Source: an uncultured Clostridia bacterium (lineage in GTDB: Bacteria > Bacillota > Clostridia > Christensenellales > Pumilibacteraceae). Taken from it: 64,000 nt of DNA. The position numbers and the translations under genes are program-made. This document shows positions 60,668 to 64,000 of the stretch, one piece after another. The notes beneath the pieces are model-generated. The model was not told the DNA's origin and made no database searches. It saw nothing but the letters and a program-made list of their open reading frames with translations. Numbering within the stretch: position 1 is the stretch's first letter; every line of letters starts with the position of its first letter. The stretch is from NCBI GenBank assembly GCA_947175335.1, contig CAMWMF010000002.1, positions 47,969-111,968 of the forward strand, in the 5' to 3' direction.

Positions 60668-61819
60668 TTAGAAATTCTCATACTCTTTTAGCAGTTCGGC
60701 GGGAATGCTGGGGCGAAGCTTTTTGAACGCCGCGTCGAACATATCGCGCCTAAGCGGTATGGGTTTTGTAAGTCCCTTGGCTTGCATTTCCTCGAGAGCA
60801 AGTCGGCACGCTTCCTCTATTATACCGCAAAGGTCGGCTGCCGAATAGTACATAGTAGTCACCTTTACGCTTGTGCCGGGTACAGTGGTTTTGGTGTACG
60901 TTTCGCTAAGCTCCACCAAGTCCTCGGTGGTAACGCCGTCGAGCGCAATGCCTTTCAGCTTGCCCTCTATAATGGCGCGCTTTGCCGTGATGTCGGGAGG
61001 CGGCACGTGCACGCGGTGCGAGAACCGCTTGAACCTCAAATACGCGGGGTCTATTACGTCGGGGCGGTTGGTAGCCGCTATAATTATTCGCTTTGACCCG
61101 TCCACGCCGAAACCGTTTATGCGCTGCAAAAGCTCGGTGGTAACGGCGGCTTTGTAGTCCTTGGTGTCCGAAGTACGCTTGCTGAATATGGATTCGCACT
61201 CGTCGACGAAAAGTATCGCGCCGTCAGCGCAAGCGTCCATTTCGTCAAACAGCTGGCGCACGGCCTGCTCGGATTCGCCCACGTACGACTTGAATATATC
61301 GGCGGGCGTAATTACGAACAGCGGCAGTTGAAGCTTGTTGGCTATCGCCTCGGCAAACATTGTTTTGCCCGTGCCGGGCGCGCCGTACATAAGCATGCCC
61401 AAGCCGCCCTCTATCTTGTAATACTTGATTACGTCGGGATTTTGCGCGATATAGATAAAGCTTTCCACCAGCTTTTTTACGTCGTCCAAACCCTTAACGT
61501 CGTCGAACGTGGTTTTAGGCACGGTGTGGCTGACCGATGAGCCGTATTCGGTCGCTTTCTTTCCAAGCTTCTTTGCCTTGTCGGCGTACTCCTCCGCCTT
61601 GACCGCGTCGGTGTGACGCTCGGACAATTTTTGCGCGTACTGCGACGCGCGCAAGTACTCGGTGCAAAGCCGCTGCTTGTCCTCGGTGCGCAAGTCGCGC
61701 TTATCCTTTACCCCGCCCAAAATAGTGCGGATATTTTCCACAGCCTCGCTGTAATTTTTTTCCAGCTGTTCGAGCGACGAACCGTCCGCCGCCGCCGATT
61801 TCTTTCCGAATCCGGACAT
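60668..61819 (-). CDS. Single-domain AAA+ ATPase (Cdc48/Vps4-like) with helical N-domain
   Basis: Walker A GAPGTGKT, pore loop SYVGESE, Walker B LFVDE, SRH ATNRPD.IDPA..R..RF, C-terminal RPSI...LKEYENF. Confidence 0.92.
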   Translation of the reverse strand: MSGFGKKSAAADGSSLEQLEKNYSEAVENIRTILGGVKDKRDLRTEDKQRLCTEYLRASQYAQKLSERHTDAVKAEEYADKAKKLGKKATEYGSSVSHTVPKTTFDDVKGLDDVKKLVESFIYIAQNPDVIKYYKIEGGLGMLMYGAPGTGKTMFAEAIANKLQLPLFVITPADIFKSYVGESEQAVRQLFDEMDACADGAILFVDECESIFSKRTSDTKDYKAAVTTELLQRINGFGVDGSKRIIIAATNRPDVIDPAYLRFKRFSHRVHVPPPDITAKRAIIEGKLKGIALDGVTTEDLVELSETYTKTTVPGTSVKVTTMYYSAADLCGIIEEACRLALEEMQAKGLTKPIPLRRDMFDAAFKKLRPSIPAELLKEYENF

Positions 61820-61836
61820 ATGGTTTTATCCTCCGC

Positions 61837-62601
61837 TTAAAGAATATCGCTTATGTCGTCCGAGCCGCTCGTAGGTGCTGCGGCGGGAGTATCCACACTG
61901 CCTGCACTGCCGCCTGCGCCCGAAGCACCGCCGTCGCCGCCGCTGCGCTCGCTGATAATCTTGTCCACCATTTTTTCGGCATTGGTGGGCGGAAGCGGCG
62001 AACCGCCGTTTGCCTTAACCTCGTACTTTTTGCGGCGCTCGGCGCTTTTGGCGAGTCGCTTTTGCGTTTTGACGTTAGACTTTTGCAAGCCCTCGGTAAT
62101 GGAGAACGCAAGATCCTGACTGCTTTCCAGCATGAACATTATTTCCTTAATCCTGCCGAGGTTGTTGGTAATGGTCTTTTGCATGCGCTTTTTGGCTTTG
62201 CGGCGCGCCCAAAATCCGTGATTTACTTTTTGCGTGGAATCGAGCGCCGACGAATTGAGCTGCAAAATATTGTCCATGCAAAGCATAGCGTCGGTAATGC
62301 ACGACACAGCCATGCTGACGTCGGTAAGCACGTCGATAGTGTCCTCCATTTGGATAGCAACGTCCAAAAAGGTCAGCAGCGTTTGCGACATAAAGTAGTC
62401 CTTGCCGTACTTTTGAATCATATCGGCGGCGCGGGTTGCAAGCATATCCTTGCGCTTGCCGAAATTCTTTTTGGAGCTTTCCAGCTTGCGCTCCTGCTCG
62501 GCGCGGACGTATTCGTTGTCCAGCTCCTCCGCCTGCTTGCGAATGCGCGCGCGGCGCTCCTCGCTTTCGGACATTTCCTCTCTTTGCCGTTCTCTTGCCA
62601 T
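61837..62601 (-). CDS. Helical coiled-coil protein with flexible acidic tail (ESCRT-III/PspA-like candidate)
   Basis: RBS GGAG; charged helices; C-terminal PLPP, Gly/Ser linker and DDISDIL end. The family call is inference. Confidence 0.8.
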   Translation of the reverse strand: MARERQREEMSESEERRARIRKQAEELDNEYVRAEQERKLESSKKNFGKRKDMLATRAADMIQKYGKDYFMSQTLLTFLDVAIQMEDTIDVLTDVSMAVSCITDAMLCMDNILQLNSSALDSTQKVNHGFWARRKAKKRMQKTITNNLGRIKEIMFMLESSQDLAFSITEGLQKSNVKTQKRLAKSAERRKKYEVKANGGSPLPPTNAEKMVDKIISERSGGDGGASGAGGSAGSVDTPAAAPTSGSDDISDIL

Positions 62602-62637
62602 AATATAAATTCTCCTTGTGAGTTTTTACTTGGTTGT

Positions 62638-64000
62638 TTATTTTGTAACGTACTTTTGTACTGCGGTGCAAATAGCCGCTTGTTCGGCCTTAACGTTGTC
62701 GAAGTAGTCGTGGATATATACTTTGTGCAACGTCCACCCCCTACCCGTAAGCGAAGTGACGTACCGCGCGTTATAGTCGAAGTAATCGTACTTCTTTTGC
62801 ACGGGCAGCTCGCACCACAACCCCAGCTCGGCTCTTGTTAAATCCTCAGACAGCACCGCGATCGGTATGCGCACCGAACCGTCGGTTACGCCGTAGTCGG
62901 TTACTATGCGTTCCTTGGCTATGCCCAAGCTTTCGATATAGCTTGCCACTGCGGAAATAAAATGCTCGCCTTTTTCGGGTACCGCCGACACGAATTGAGA
63001 GGCTTTTTCGGCAAACCGTTCCACGCCCGCCAGATAACTGCGGATAAAGGCTATGCGCGCATTGCCAGCCATTTGCCGAGACGTAAGCGTGTGGATAACC
63101 GTAACCTTGTTCTTGGCGCGAGTTACCGCCACGTTGAATATATTTTTACCCGTATCGTCGCGGTTGAGCTCGCCGAATGCAAGCTTTATCTTTCCGTTCT
63201 TGTCCTTGCCGTAAGTGAGCGATAAAATAAGGTTGTCCGTTTCCTGTCCCTGCACGCTCTCAATAGTGCGGAAAAACACCAGCTTGTCGGGCACGTCGTC
63301 AAAGTTATGCCACGCGTTTTCTATCATAGCGTTTAGCTTTTTGTCGGCGTGCACAAGGCTAAGCACGTACTTTAACTGCGCCTCGCCGAACGTTACAACG
63401 CCCACCGACGTAGACAGCGTACCCTTGCTTTTGTCGTAGTACTTATCGAAATGCCCTTTGAGTGCGGCGATAACGGCGTTGGCCTCGGGCATGTTTACGC
63501 CGTCCTCGCAATATCCGTCCTCGACGAGAATATCGGTAAAACCGAGGTCGGGCGTAGCGGGCACCGTCGCGGGGAAGGTGCGCATGTACGGATAGAACTC
63601 GCGTTGCGAAAACTCGATAAGGCTTTCGGTCTTGCTGCGGTAGTGGCAAACAAGCTCCTCCGCGTCGAACGCAAGATTACCTAGCGCAAGGCTGAGCGCA
63701 GATATATCTGTGTCCAGCGTAAGCTCGGTCGCTTCGTCGCTTATGCGTTTGCGGTTTTTCGCCTTGAAGTGCGTAAGCGGCGGCATTTGGTATTCGTCGC
63801 CAACAAGCACGCACTGCTTGCTCCTAAACAGCACTGGCAGCAAATCGACAGGCTCCATTTGGCTGGCCTCGTCCACTATTACGACGTCGAAGTTTTCGTA
63901 CGCTTCGCCGCGGAAAAGCACGCTCGCCGTGGACGGCGACAAGATGAAACACTTTTTCAGTTTGAGTATAGCCTTTGCGTAGTTGCGGAACATAACGCGC
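62638..64000 (-). CDS. SF1 (AAA_11/AAA_12, DUF4011-type) helicase, C-terminal part; truncated at right edge
   Basis: FDVVIVDEASQ, VGDEYQMPP, HYRS, IESVQGQE and NVAVTRAK, then a Vsr/MTES_1575-like C-domain. The frame stays open to the window end. Confidence 0.9.
   Translation of the reverse strand, partial: RVMFRNYAKAILKLKKCFILSPSTASVLFRGEAYENFDVVIVDEASQMEPVDLLPVLFRSKQCVLVGDEYQMPPLTHFKAKNRKRISDEATELTLDTDISALSLALGNLAFDAEELVCHYRSKTESLIEFSQREFYPYMRTFPATVPATPDLGFTDILVEDGYCEDGVNMPEANAVIAALKGHFDKYYDKSKGTLSTSVGVVTFGEAQLKYVLSLVHADKKLNAMIENAWHNFDDVPDKLVFFRTIESVQGQETDNLILSLTYGKDKNGKIKLAFGELNRDDTGKNIFNVAVTRAKNKVTVIHTLTSRQMAGNARIAFIRSYLAGVERFAEKASQFVSAVPEKGEHFISAVASYIESLGIAKERIVTDYGVTDGSVRIPIAVLSEDLTRAELGLWCELPVQKKYDYFDYNARYVTSLTGRGWTLHKVYIHDYFDNVKAEQAAICTAVQKYVTK

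Overview
64 kb of a chromosome that looks like a Clostridia/Bacillota genome (inferred from gene content and sigma70 promoters). No prophage, transposase, integrase or CRISPR array is present. Main content, left to right: (1) A giant minus-strand surface protein of at least 3,552 aa that the ORF track misses because it runs off the left edge. It has a Gly-rich N-domain, cadherin/Ig-like repeats, a CxxC-x15-CxxC insert and a C-terminal TM anchor. (2) tRNA-Leu(CAG), a flavin reductase-rubredoxin fusion with a cloverleaf-like leader, a CoA-substrate enzyme activase, purA and an ABC exporter. (3) A PyrG lacking its glutaminase cysteine, next to an RnlA-like HEPN RNase that carries two AT-hooks and has no RnlB. 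(4) An Ig-repeat surface protein, panT-coaX, a Cys-rich mini-protein, glyQS and cls. (5) Four paralogous modular lipoproteins (InlB-B repeats plus SusE/F-like modules), each with its own promoter and a near-identical terminator. (6) A dinJ-yafQ module between 62-bp direct repeats. (7) gpsA, a complete Na+-type V/A-ATPase operon and sua5-ptp-rpiB. (8) The end of an operon with an SF1 helicase, a helical ESCRT-III/PspA-like candidate and a single-ring AAA+ ATPase with a helical (MIT-like) N-domain. Many intergenic spaces hold a dispersed family of palindromic elements with heptamer-repeat arms (AATTCGG/AATTATG) and swappable, apparently invertible cores. All calls come from reading motifs by eye; no database searches were run.
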